In this document: positions 38,186 to 47,341 of the stretch, piece by piece
Layout of the letters: each line of letters starts with the position of its first letter
Position numbering within the stretch: position 1 is the first letter of the stretch
From: Spirochaetia bacterium
GTDB taxonomy: Bacteria; Spirochaetota; Spirochaetia; SZUA-6; Bin103
Length of the DNA: 64,000 bases
NCBI GenBank assembly: GCA_965203905.1
Contig: CBDBDQ010000005.1
Span: 672,001 to 736,000, forward strand
Direction of reading: 5' to 3'
Position numbers and translations under genes: made by a program
The notes under the pieces: generated by a model
The model's input: only the letters and a program-made list of their open reading frames with translations
Database searches by the model: none
Told to the model about the DNA's origin: nothing

Positions 38186-38782
38186 CCCAACGTCTCTCGC
38201 ATTGAGGCGCGCGCGTACCAGGCGGCGGTCAGCGCAGCCAACATCGACGCCACCATGGCGGCGCACGCGGTCCGCCGCCAAGACCCGAGAGCCGACCCGG
38301 CCCCGGCAGTGGAGCAGGCGCACCAGCGCGCCATAGACCGGGAGATGGCCGCCTGGCGCCGCCAGCAGCCCACGATTTTCTGCGCCGAGGAGGGGGACGA
38401 AGAGGGCGCCGACGAGGAAATCAGCTGCTTACCTGGCCGATCCGCCATCTGCCGACGTGCAGGCGGTGATCGAGGCCATCGAGGACGGGCGCGCCGAGGG
38501 TGTGCTGGCTGCAACCGAGCGCCTCGCCGACTTCTCCGCTTCCGGCGATAGGTAAGCAACCCTAGCGCTCCTGGAGCGCCTGGAGCGGTGACCCGCCTGC
38601 CGCCCACGATGATGCGGCTCGTCGACGCGGCCCGTGAGGTGCTGGCCGCGAGCGCGACCCCAGCCTACCCGCCCGTGGTGACGCCGTAGCGGAGCTTGGC
38701 GACGGCGCCTTGTTCGGCGGCTACGCCGACGGCGTAGTGGGCGACCATGCGGCTTGAGCGCCACCCGCCGATGCGCAAGCTA

Positions 38783-38898
38783 TGGCCGCACCTGCCGGTC
38801 GCGCCGGGAGCTTGACGGGAATCGTTGAGGTATCACATAGTGGCCGCACCTGCCGGTCGCGGCGGGGACTTGACGGGAATCGTTGAGTTATCGCATAC
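38783..38898 (+). repeat. Tandem 58-bp imperfect duplication containing a TTGACG -35 element
   Basis: TGGCCGCACCTGCCGGTCGC...CTTGACGGGAATCGTTGAG.TATC.CATA occurs at 38783-38840 and 38841-38898. Confidence 0.9.
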
Positions 38899-38936
38899 GG
38901 CAGGGAGCCCGATACGCTCACCAAAGGAGATGGAAG

Positions 38937-40868
38937 ATGAAAATTTTTCCAGGAAAAATAGTCGTTGCGCCTCTCGTTGCGCTTCTCGTCTTGCTGCTAG
39001 CGGCGCCCCTCGGTTTTGGGGAATATAAGGAGGCGCCGATGCTCGCGCGCCTGGTCGCGGCCGGTGAGCTTCCACCGGTTGACGAGCGGCTTCCGGACAA
39101 TCCCTTCGTTGTTGGTCCCGGCGTGCTGAATGGCACGCAGTGGGTGGATTGGACTCCAGGCCACTACTCCGATGGGAGGAAAGTCAGGACTATCGAAGAT
39201 TCGCTTCACCAGAAGATACCGGGTGCCGGACACATCAACATCCTGTGGTCTCCTGACAACACAACGACGGACCCGGTCGGGACCATAGTTGAAAGCTTCA
39301 GTTTTTCCGATGATTACACAGTGTTCGATTTCACCATCCGCAGGGGGCTGAAGTGGTCCAACGGCGATCTGGTCACCACTGACGATGTGAAATTCGCCTT
39401 CGAGGACCTTTACGAGTATCCAGACGCCGAGATTCGATACCCGGTGCAATTGCACTCCCTGGGCAACCCACGGTTCCCAGTGGCCGAGTTGACGGTCCAA
39501 GATCGGCACTCATTCACGCTTACCTTTGACAGGCCATACGGTTTTTTCGTCACGGAACTGATATCCTGGATCAGCACGGTAGGGGAAGGGATCTTTCAGC
39601 CCTCGGAGTTCCTGAAGCAGTACCATCCGAGGTACACGGCCGTCGCTACGCTGAACGACCTGGCGCAGGATGCCGGCCTGGCCGACTGGAAACAGCTGCT
39701 ACAAGCGAAGACCGGTAACCACTGGCAGATCCTGCTCGGCAGCCCGCACATGATCGGGGTACCCTCTATCCAGCCTTACATATTTACTGAGGCAACCGAT
39801 ACGACGTTGCTGATCGAGAGGAATCCCTACTCTTACATGGTTGACACGGAGGGGCAGCAGCTCCCGTACATAGACTTCGTTGAAACGACCATGGTCGAGG
39901 ACGAAGGCGCGAGAAACCTGAAGATCCTTGCAGGCGAGACGGACTTTCAGACCAGTGACTGGGCCAAGCTGCCGTCGATGCCGACCTACGTCAGTGGTGC
40001 CGAGCAGGGCAACTACCGCGTGCAGCTCGCCGGCGGGTTCGTCGGCCCTCCCACGCTGTTCATAAACCACGACTACGATTACGAGAATCCGAACAGCCAG
40101 TGGCAGAAGCTGATGCAGGACCCCCGCGGTCGCTTCGGCAGGGCGGTGGCACTCGCCATCGACAACCACGACGTCAATGACACGCTGTTCTTCGGCCAGT
40201 ACAAGATGGACGACATTATCACCGGGTCCGACTTCGACCCGGCCCAGGCAAACCGACTCCTGGATGAGCTCGGGCTGGACAACAAAGACGCCAGCGGATT
40301 CCGCACGTACCCCGACGGCTCGCCCCTTGAAATCACGATCAATGCCATCGCGATCGACCCGGCCGGCATCGACGTGGCCCAGCTGTTCTCTCAGTACCTG
40401 CAGGCCGTAGGACTCAACATCGACGCGCAGGGGGTCGAGGGCGGAATCTTCAATCAGAAAGCGGCTAACAACGAGTACCAGATGACGGTCTTTTGGAATG
40501 ACGTCCCGGCGTGGCCTTCCGGGATCTCCGTGGACTTCTGGCCGAGTTTCAAGGGCGCGTGGGCGCCCGAGAGCGCAAAATATATCGATTCCGCTGGCGA
40601 GCAGGGACGAGAGCCCCCTGCGTACATCCAGGAATTCTTCGATATTATCGTCGATCGCAAGGCGGTTCCTCCCGGGACGCCTGAGGGCGCGGCGCAGTAT
40701 GCGAGGCTGCGAGAGTGGTTCGCCGACAACAACGTCATGATCTGGCCCACTGGCAATATCGTGCAGCCCATCATCGCCTCGAGCGACCTTCGCAACGTCG
40801 TGAAGGACGATTATGGGATTCTGTTCGGTTGGATCCATGCAATCCCGCAATGGTATTTCGCGGAGTAG
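38937..40868 (+). CDS. ABC transporter solute-binding protein, family 5, paralog of 35522-37501
   Basis: Motifs 'EAPMLARLVAAGELPPVDERLP', 'GPGVLNGTQ', 'INHDYDYENPNSQWQ' and 'PQWYF'. AAGGAG RBS. Confidence 0.92.
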   Translation: MKIFPGKIVVAPLVALLVLLLAAPLGFGEYKEAPMLARLVAAGELPPVDERLPDNPFVVGPGVLNGTQWVDWTPGHYSDGRKVRTIEDSLHQKIPGAGHINILWSPDNTTTDPVGTIVESFSFSDDYTVFDFTIRRGLKWSNGDLVTTDDVKFAFEDLYEYPDAEIRYPVQLHSLGNPRFPVAELTVQDRHSFTLTFDRPYGFFVTELISWISTVGEGIFQPSEFLKQYHPRYTAVATLNDLAQDAGLADWKQLLQAKTGNHWQILLGSPHMIGVPSIQPYIFTEATDTTLLIERNPYSYMVDTEGQQLPYIDFVETTMVEDEGARNLKILAGETDFQTSDWAKLPSMPTYVSGAEQGNYRVQLAGGFVGPPTLFINHDYDYENPNSQWQKLMQDPRGRFGRAVALAIDNHDVNDTLFFGQYKMDDIITGSDFDPAQANRLLDELGLDNKDASGFRTYPDGSPLEITINAIAIDPAGIDVAQLFSQYLQAVGLNIDAQGVEGGIFNQKAANNEYQMTVFWNDVPAWPSGISVDFWPSFKGAWAPESAKYIDSAGEQGREPPAYIQEFFDIIVDRKAVPPGTPEGAAQYARLREWFADNNVMIWPTGNIVQPIIASSDLRNVVKDDYGILFGWIHAIPQWYFAE

Positions 40869-40957
40869 TCTCTTAGGGCTAGCGCGCGTCTGATGGCTTG
40901 CTCCTTCAGACGTGCCATTTAGTACGTCCGCAAACCTCTTTTCCGCGGACCTCCTTT

Positions 40958-40991
40958 TCCCAGGCCCGCCCGCCACAGGGCGGGCCTGGGA
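40958..40991 (+). other. Strong stem-loop between SBP and permease genes
   Basis: TCCCAGGCCCGCCC-GCCACA-GGGCGGGCCTGGGA forms a 14-bp perfect stem with no downstream U-tract. Confidence 0.7.
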
Positions 40992-41016
40992 TCATTAGAG
41001 ACAAGAGCCACCCCTG

Positions 41017-42012
41017 ATGCTGAGACTAATAAGCAAGCGCATCCTCCTTATTATTCCCATGCTGTTCATTGTCTCCCTGCTGTCCTTTGTCATCATCCAA
41101 CTCCCGCCCGGGGACTATGTGGAAACCTACATCGAGAATCTCAGGCAAATGGGCGGCATCCCCTTCGAAGACGCATTCCACCTTGCAGGCCAGCTGAGGG
41201 AGCGCTACGCGTTGGATCAGCCCCTTTTGGTGCAGTACTTCATTTGGATGAGGCACATCGTGACCAAGGGGGATTTCGGCAATTCCTTCACCTACGACCG
41301 TCCGGTTACCGACATGCTCCGGGAACGGGTGCCGCGGACCATGGCCATTACCCTTGCGGGTGTCCTGCTTTCCTGGCTCATCGCGGTGCCAATCGGCATT
41401 TGCTCCGCCGTTCACCAATACTCCTTCTCCGACTACGTTTTCACGTTCCTCGGCTTTGTGGGGCTATCCTTTCCCGCGTTCCTCTTCGCCATCGTGCTGG
41501 TGTTCCTCGTCTTCCAATACACGGGGTGGGCCATTACGGGCATCTTCTCTTCCGCGTTCGAAAATGCACCTTGGTCGCTCGCCAAGTTCTGGGACATGGT
41601 GAAGAACATGACTATTCCCATGATCGTGCTGTCCACGTCAGGGGCCGCGGCGCTCATCCGCATCCTGCGCGCCACCCTGTTGGATGAGTTGAAGAAGCAG
41701 TACGTCATCACCGCGCGGTCGAAGGGACTACGGGAGATGCGGCTCCTGTTCAAGTACCCCGTGCGCGTGGCGATCAACCCACTCATCAGCACTATCGGGT
41801 GGCTCCTGCCTGCGGCGGTTGGCGGCGAGATCGTGGTTTCCCTGGTGCTGAACCTGCCCACGACCGGCCCCATCCTTCTATCCTCGGTCCTGGACCAGGA
41901 CATGTACCTGGCAGGCGGTATCCTGTTCATCCTAAGCTCCCTGACCCTCGTGGGAACGCTCATCTCCGACATCCTGCTGGTGGCGGTGGATCCGAGAATC
42001 AGGTTTGAGTAA
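41017..42012 (+). CDS. ABC transporter permease, OppB family, paralog of 34472-35467
   Basis: Motifs 'IIQLPPGDY', 'ERVPRTMAITLAG', 'LLDELKKQYVITARSKG' and 'VDPRIR'. Confidence 0.93.
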   Translation: MLRLISKRILLIIPMLFIVSLLSFVIIQLPPGDYVETYIENLRQMGGIPFEDAFHLAGQLRERYALDQPLLVQYFIWMRHIVTKGDFGNSFTYDRPVTDMLRERVPRTMAITLAGVLLSWLIAVPIGICSAVHQYSFSDYVFTFLGFVGLSFPAFLFAIVLVFLVFQYTGWAITGIFSSAFENAPWSLAKFWDMVKNMTIPMIVLSTSGAAALIRILRATLLDELKKQYVITARSKGLREMRLLFKYPVRVAINPLISTIGWLLPAAVGGEIVVSLVLNLPTTGPILLSSVLDQDMYLAGGILFILSSLTLVGTLISDILLVAVDPRIRFE

Positions 42013-43162
42013 GACGACTAGCAGAGTACTCTCACTACTAGGCCTTTCATCGCATCCCCGCGCGACGGTCAAAGAGCCAAAAAAGGACCTCGCCTTTGCT
42101 TCGCAGGGACAGCTGGTATGGCACAATTTTCGAAAGCACAAGGTCGCCATGGGGAGCCTGGCGGTGCTCAGCCTGCTGTACATCGGGGCCATCTTTGCCG
42201 ACTTCATCGCACCATACGAGAAGAACTACCGCATTCCCGATGTGCAGTTCAGCGCTCCTACGAGGGTGCGGGTATACGAGCCGGGCAAGGGTTTCTCCCG
42301 GCCGTTCGTCTTCGCGGTGACGCGGCAGTTGGATATGAAGACCTTCACCTACGAGACAGTTACCGACCGCAGCCAGAAGTGGTACCTGCGCTTCTTCGTG
42401 AAGACCGATCCCTACAAGCTCCTGCGCTTCATCCCAGTTTCCCACCGCCTCTTTGGCGTGGATACCGGCTACATATCGCTGTTCGGTACCGACAATCTGG
42501 GCATAGACATCCTCTCCCAGACGCTATACGCCAGCCGCATTTCCCTCTCGGTAGGGCTTGTCGGTGTGGCGATCAGCTTCGTCCTCGGCGTGATCCTGGG
42601 CGGGATCTCCGGCTACTTCGGCGGCACCGTAGACGAAATCATCCAGCGCTTCATCGAGTTCATCATAACCCTGCCCCAGCTGCCGCTGTGGATCGCGCTC
42701 TCGGCGGCCGTCCCGAACCGATGGACGGGCATCCAGACCTTCTTCGCCATCACGGTCATCCTCTCGTTGGTCGGCTGGACGAGTCTTGCGCGCGTGGTGC
42801 GCGGCCGGCTGATCTCGATGCGGGAGGAAGACTACGTCATGGCGGCGCGGGTTGCCGGGCGCCGGGACGGGGCCATTATCCGTCTTCACCTGCTGCCGGG
42901 CTTTATGAGCTACCTGGTGGTGAGCATCACACTGGCCATTCCTGCCATGATCCTCGGGGAGACCACGCTGAGCTTCCTGGGCATAGGGATCCTCCCGCCC
43001 GAGGTGAGCTGGGGCGCGATGCTGAGGGAGGCCAACGACGTCACGCTGATATTCAACTATACTTGGTACCTGACCCCCTGCATCTTCGTGATTGTTGCCG
43101 TGCTGGCCTACAATTTCATTGGTGACGGCTTGCGCGATGCGGCCGATCCATACGCGCGTTAG
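42005..43162 (+). CDS. ABC transporter permease, OppC family, paralog of 33324-34475
   Basis: Motifs 'FRKHKVA', 'LARVVRGRLISMRE' and 'GDGLRDAADPY'. Confidence 0.93.
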   Translation: MSKTTSRVLSLLGLSSHPRATVKEPKKDLAFASQGQLVWHNFRKHKVAMGSLAVLSLLYIGAIFADFIAPYEKNYRIPDVQFSAPTRVRVYEPGKGFSRPFVFAVTRQLDMKTFTYETVTDRSQKWYLRFFVKTDPYKLLRFIPVSHRLFGVDTGYISLFGTDNLGIDILSQTLYASRISLSVGLVGVAISFVLGVILGGISGYFGGTVDEIIQRFIEFIITLPQLPLWIALSAAVPNRWTGIQTFFAITVILSLVGWTSLARVVRGRLISMREEDYVMAARVAGRRDGAIIRLHLLPGFMSYLVVSITLAIPAMILGETTLSFLGIGILPPEVSWGAMLREANDVTLIFNYTWYLTPCIFVIVAVLAYNFIGDGLRDAADPYAR

Positions 43163-43177
43163 GAAAGGGCATGTGAT

Positions 43178-43975
43178 ATGAGTGACCGGTTCGGATTCGA
43201 TGCGCCGAAGTCGCAGCCGATTGAGGACTCGATCGTATGGGCGGCGGGCAACGGGTTCCGCTACATCGACTTTCAGGCCGACGTGCCGCCCAACGCCATT
43301 GCCTCCTTCGACCGCGGCCGGGTGCGCACGGTGCGGGAGCTGTGCGAGCGGCACGGCGTGGCGCTCGGCATCCACCCCTCCTCCGCCATCAACAACGCGG
43401 AGTACGTCCCGATCATGGCGGAGGCGGCCAGCGAGTACCTGGCGGCCAATCTCGACCTGGCGGAGCGGCTCGGCTGCGGCTGGATCATCGGCCACGGCGG
43501 CTACCACTTCGGCGACCTGGAGCTGCGCCGCGCAGCGGCGATCGAACGGTTGCGGCGGCTGGTCGACCGCGCCGAGCAGAAGGGGCTCACGGTGTTCTTC
43601 GAAAACCACAACCGGGAGCCGGAGCACGCCGAGATGCACTACCTGCCGCACAACGTGGAGGAGACGCGCTGGTTCTTCGACGCCATCCGCTCGCCGCACT
43701 TCAAGTGGGCGTTCAACGTGGCCCACGGCAACCTGGTGCCGGAGGGGTGGCGCGGTTTTCTGGATGCGTTCGGGGCCGACAACATCGGCCAGGTGCGGCT
43801 CAACGACAATCGTGGGGACTACGAGATCCACCTGGTCCCGGGCGCGGGCAACATCGACTTCGCGGCGCTGTTCGCCGGGCTGCGGGCAGCCGGTTACACG
43901 GGCTGGTTCAGCCTGGGGTTCGGCGATGCGGCGGACAAGATACGCGTCAGGGAGTGGTTTGCCGGTCTCCTCTGA
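43178..43975 (+). CDS. Sugar phosphate isomerase/epimerase (TIM barrel)
   Basis: Motifs 'FFEN', 'FNVAHG', 'RLNDNRG..EIHLVPGAGNIDF' and 'GYTGW'. Confidence 0.85.
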   Translation: MSDRFGFDAPKSQPIEDSIVWAAGNGFRYIDFQADVPPNAIASFDRGRVRTVRELCERHGVALGIHPSSAINNAEYVPIMAEAASEYLAANLDLAERLGCGWIIGHGGYHFGDLELRRAAAIERLRRLVDRAEQKGLTVFFENHNREPEHAEMHYLPHNVEETRWFFDAIRSPHFKWAFNVAHGNLVPEGWRGFLDAFGADNIGQVRLNDNRGDYEIHLVPGAGNIDFAALFAGLRAAGYTGWFSLGFGDAADKIRVREWFAGLL

Positions 43976-45470
43976 GGGGACGGTCGGACCGGTCCTGGTG
44001 ACCGGGGCCAGCGGCTACGTCGGCGGCCGCCTGGTGCCGCTGCTGGAGCGGCGCGGCGAGCGGGTGCGCTGTCTGGCGCGTCGTCCCGAGTTGCTCGCGG
44101 GCCGCTTCGCCGCGAGCACCAAGCTGGTTGCCGGCGACGTGCTGGATTCCGCCTCCCTGCGTGGTGCGCTGGCGGGGGTGGCCAGCGCCTACTACCTGGT
44201 GCACGCGCTCGGCTCCCGCGGCCGCTTCGAGGAGGAGGAGGAACGGGCGGCGCACACCTTCGCCGCCGCGGCCCGCGCCGCCGGCGTGCGGCGCATCGTC
44301 TACCTCGGTGGCCTGGTCACCGCCGGCACTGCGCTGGCTTCCTCCGCCCACATGCGCAGCCGGCTGCGGGTGGGCGAGATCCTGCGCGCCTCCGGCGTAC
44401 CCACGGTCGAGTTCCGCGCCTCGATCGTCATCGGCGCCGGCAGCCTCTCCTTCGAGATGATCCGCGCCCTGGTGCAGCGGCTGCCGGTCATGGTGACGCC
44501 GCGCTGGGTGACGGTGCAGGCGCAGCCGATCGCCATAGACGACGTGCTCGCCTACCTGGTAGCCGCCCTCGACCTGCTGCCGGCCGGCGCGCGGGTATTC
44601 GAGATCGGCGGCGGCGCGGTGACCACCTACCGCGGGCTGATGCAGGAGTATGCGCGGCAGCGCGGCACGCGGCGGCTGTTCCTGCCGGTGCCGTTGCTGA
44701 CGCCGCACCTCTCCAGCCTGTGGCTCGGCCTGGTGACGCCCCTGTTCGCACGCGTCGGCCGCAAGCTGATCGAAAGCATCACCGTGCCCAGCGTGGTGCG
44801 CGACGCCGGCGCCGCGCGTGCGTTCGCGATCCGCCCGTGCGACTACCGCACTGCGATCCGTCGGGCGCTGGCCGAGGAGGACGCCCGTTTCGTCGCCACC
44901 CGCTGGGCGGATGCCGGCTCCGCCGTCGCCGGCGTGCCGCGCCGCTGGGGCGGGGTACGCTTCGGCACGCGCCTGGTCGACTCGCGTACCGTGACCGCCG
45001 CCGCAACGCCGACCGTGGCGTTCGCACCGGTGCAGGGCATCGGCGGCGCCGCCGGCTGGTACTACGGCAACTCCCTGTGGCGCCTGCGCGGGATATTGGA
45101 CCGGCTGTTCGGCGGTCCCGGCATGAAGCGCGGGCGCCGCGACCCGCGGGAGCTGCGGCCCGGCGACGTGGTCGACTGCTGGCGGGTGCTGGCCTGCGAA
45201 CCGCCGCGGCGGCTCACGCTGGAGGCCGAGATGCGCCTGCCGGGGCGCGCCTGGCTGCAATTCGAGGTGACCCCCTGCGCACGCGGCGTGCACATCCGCC
45301 AGACCGCGCTGTTCGACCCCGTGGGACTGACCGGCCTGGCATACTGGTACCTGCTGTACCCGGCCCACGCCCTGATCTTCCGAGGCATGCTGGACGGCGT
45401 GGCAGCCCGTGCCACCCGAAGCTCCTGTTGCCTCAAGACCAAAGAAAGCCCAGAATTGGAGCGAGAATGA
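43959..45470 (+). CDS. NAD(P)-binding SDR oxidoreductase with C-terminal DUF2867 (YbjT-like)
   Basis: Motifs 'VLVTGASGYVGG', 'AYYLVH', 'GSLSFEMIR', 'IGGAAGWY' and 'AEMRLPGRAWL.F'. The TTG start at 43959 is inferred. Confidence 0.88.
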   Translation: MPVSSEGTVGPVLVTGASGYVGGRLVPLLERRGERVRCLARRPELLAGRFAASTKLVAGDVLDSASLRGALAGVASAYYLVHALGSRGRFEEEEERAAHTFAAAARAAGVRRIVYLGGLVTAGTALASSAHMRSRLRVGEILRASGVPTVEFRASIVIGAGSLSFEMIRALVQRLPVMVTPRWVTVQAQPIAIDDVLAYLVAALDLLPAGARVFEIGGGAVTTYRGLMQEYARQRGTRRLFLPVPLLTPHLSSLWLGLVTPLFARVGRKLIESITVPSVVRDAGAARAFAIRPCDYRTAIRRALAEEDARFVATRWADAGSAVAGVPRRWGGVRFGTRLVDSRTVTAAATPTVAFAPVQGIGGAAGWYYGNSLWRLRGILDRLFGGPGMKRGRRDPRELRPGDVVDCWRVLACEPPRRLTLEAEMRLPGRAWLQFEVTPCARGVHIRQTALFDPVGLTGLAYWYLLYPAHALIFRGMLDGVAARATRSSCCLKTKESPELERE

Positions 45471-45913
45471 CGCTCTATCTGGATACGTCAGTCATTTCGG
45501 CGCTGTTTGACAAGCGCAACCCAGAGAGGAAAGTGCTTACAAAAGACTTCTTCGAAGGCAGGACCGCGGACCGACTCCTCGTATCAGAGCTCACGCTTGC
45601 TGAGGTCGAGAACACGCCGAGCGAAGACTTGCGGCGGTCAATGCGGACGATCACGGATCGCTACGACGTGGTCTCGGTGACCGAGGATGCCGAAAGACTG
45701 GCTCACCGATATGTCGAAGCCGGTGCTGTAGGCAGTACCTACACCGCTGACGCCTATCACATCGCTATCGCTGTAGTGTGCACTGCCGACATCTTGGTGA
45801 GTTGGAACTTCAGGCACATAGTGCGACGGAAGACACGCGACATCGTGAACATGGTCAACACGACCGTAGGCTACCCTCACATGGAGATTGTTTCTCCTGG
45901 TGAACTGCTCTGA
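45467..45913 (+). CDS. PIN-domain toxin-like protein
   Basis: Motifs 'LYLDTSV', 'SELTLAE', 'DAYHIAIA' and 'LVSWNFRHIV'. Confidence 0.88.
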   Translation: MTLYLDTSVISALFDKRNPERKVLTKDFFEGRTADRLLVSELTLAEVENTPSEDLRRSMRTITDRYDVVSVTEDAERLAHRYVEAGAVGSTYTADAYHIAIAVVCTADILVSWNFRHIVRRKTRDIVNMVNTTVGYPHMEIVSPGELL

Positions 45914-45930
45914 GGTCAAGGAGATACGTA

Positions 45931-46104
45931 GTGGAGAAGCAAGAAGCAGAATCAAGGATCAGGGACGAGTTTCCGGGAGACGAGGCACTTCAGCAAGTGC
46001 ACTTGGCGCGCGCTTTTCTGCAGCAGAAAGCGGTGGACAAGGGGATCACTCTTGCTGAGTATGTCAGGTCTTTAGGGCTGGCCAAGAGTCGACCTCGGAC
46101 CTGA
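45931..46104 (+). CDS. Small (57 aa) hypothetical protein, putative partner of the PIN gene
   Basis: AAGGAG RBS, then GTG...TGA encoding 'MEKQEAESRIRDEFPGDEALQQVHLARAFLQQKAVDKGITLAEYVRSLGLAKSRPRT'. Below the ORF-track length cutoff. Confidence 0.55.
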   Translation: MEKQEAESRIRDEFPGDEALQQVHLARAFLQQKAVDKGITLAEYVRSLGLAKSRPRT

Positions 46105-46179
46105 GCGTCTGCCTGCCATGTGAAGGTCCGTTCCTCAATCCGCGCCTTCTCAAGCGGAGTTCGGCGGCGAACCGGACGC

Positions 46180-46269
46180 CTCGCTCAGCCCCAGTTCCAG
46201 AACGGCGGTCTTGGTCTTGCCCTGATGAATCGACATGGCACGCCGGACGAGATTGTCATCCAGATTGAT
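46180..46269 (-). pseudogene. VapB-type antitoxin fragment
   Basis: 'INLDDNLVRRAMSIHQGKTKTAVLELGL' resembles the VapB 'T.I.LDD.L...A....G.KTK..V...L' pattern. The start is missing. Confidence 0.6.
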
Positions 46270-46504
46270 CCTCGACGCGCGTTTCGCCGATAACCCCAAC
46301 GCGATGTTCGTGCGGTAGAAGGACCCTACCGCGGTATGCGAGGCAGAGCAGATCAACCTGGCGCACACTTGGGGCGGCGCCGACTACACCGCTTCGAGGG
46401 CGGCATCTACTCGTCGGAGTGGTTCTGGGCCAAGGTGCAGCACGTGCTCCGCGCCGACCCCGCGGTGGCGGCGGCGGCCTGGTCCTGGACCGAGCACTGC
46501 GACT
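46270..46504 (+). pseudogene. Degenerate internal fragment of araB
   Basis: Copy of 47656-47894 carrying a TGG>TAG stop and small deletions. '[31 protein letters not shown]' is retained. Confidence 0.88.
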
Positions 46505-46573
46505 CCCGCCTCACCTGCGCGGAGGAGTAGCCGGGAGCAGAGCGGTGTTGTCACGTAGTCTGATTGATGCCAA

Positions 46574-46585
46574 CATGATATCATG
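46574..46585 (+). promoter_or_regulatory. Palindromic operator at the start of the vapBC pair
   Basis: CATGATATCATG is a perfect palindrome overlapping the ATG at 46583. Confidence 0.55.
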
Positions 46586-46849
46586 ATCAGGACCCAGGTG
46601 CAGTTCACCGAGCAGCAGTTGAGCCTCTTGAAACGACTGGCCGCGGCCCGTGGCGTCTCAGTTGCCGAGCTGGTCCGAAATGGCGTGGACCTGTTGCTGG
46701 ACGCAGCGAAACACGCGCCGCAGACAGACAGGGCGCGGCGGGCGCTCGCGGTCGCCGGGCGATTTCGCTCCGGTCGCAACGACGTAGCGCGACGGCACGA
46801 CCGGTACCTCGCCGAGGCCTATGGAAAACCGCATCCGGGCGCGGAATGA
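46583..46849 (+). CDS. CopG/RHH antitoxin (VapB)
   Basis: 'MIRTQVQFTEQQ...LAAARGVSVAELVR.GVD' and 'GRFRSG..DVARRHDRYL'. Confidence 0.88.
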   Translation: MIRTQVQFTEQQLSLLKRLAAARGVSVAELVRNGVDLLLDAAKHAPQTDRARRALAVAGRFRSGRNDVARRHDRYLAEAYGKPHPGAE

Positions 46850-47241
46850 GCGTCTTCGTCGACACCTCTGCGCTCTATGCGGTGCTGGATGCCGATGATG
46901 ATGCGCACACCGCGGCGCTCGAGGCGTGGACCGACTTGATCCGTACGCAGCAGTCGATGTGCACCTCCAACTACGTATGCGTGGAGAGTGCCGCCCTGCT
47001 TCAGTCGCGGATCGGCATGAGCGCCGTGCGGGCGCTGTTCGACGATCTCCTGCCAGTTGTGTCGGTGGTGGTGATCGACGAAGCGCTGCACGACCAGGCC
47101 GTGGCCACCCTGCTCGACGCTGACCGCCGCCGGCTGAGTCTCGTCGACTGCGCGAGCTTCGCGGTGATGCGGCAGCGCGGGATCATGAAGGCGTTCGCCT
47201 ACGATCCGCACTTCGAAGAGCGAGGGTTCCAACTCGTGTAG
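46846..47241 (+). CDS. VapC PIN toxin
   Basis: Motifs 'VFVDTSALYA..D.DD.H', 'TSNYV..E' and 'LSLVDCASFAVM...AFAYDPHF'. Confidence 0.92.
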   Translation: MSVFVDTSALYAVLDADDDAHTAALEAWTDLIRTQQSMCTSNYVCVESAALLQSRIGMSAVRALFDDLLPVVSVVVIDEALHDQAVATLLDADRRRLSLVDCASFAVMRQRGIMKAFAYDPHFEERGFQLV

Positions 47242-47341
47242 CCACTCGGTTGCGTGCCGCCGCGATGGTGGCCCGACGGAGGAGCCAGCGGGCTGGACCG
47301 TAGTCGATGCCCTTGCCTACACTGCGCGGCGGAGGTGAACC

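Noticed and set aside
38783-38898. Possible CRISPR-like repeat
   Set aside because: Only two adjacent units, no spacers and no cas genes.
43182-45470. 762-aa ORF suggesting a large fusion protein
   Set aside because: The first ~260 codons are an alternate-frame shadow of the TIM-barrel gene 43178-43975. The real SDR starts near 43959.
44720-45913. 397-aa ORF ending in a PIN domain
   Set aside because: The upstream part is an Arg/Pro-rich shadow of the SDR gene. The PIN protein starts at ATG 45467.
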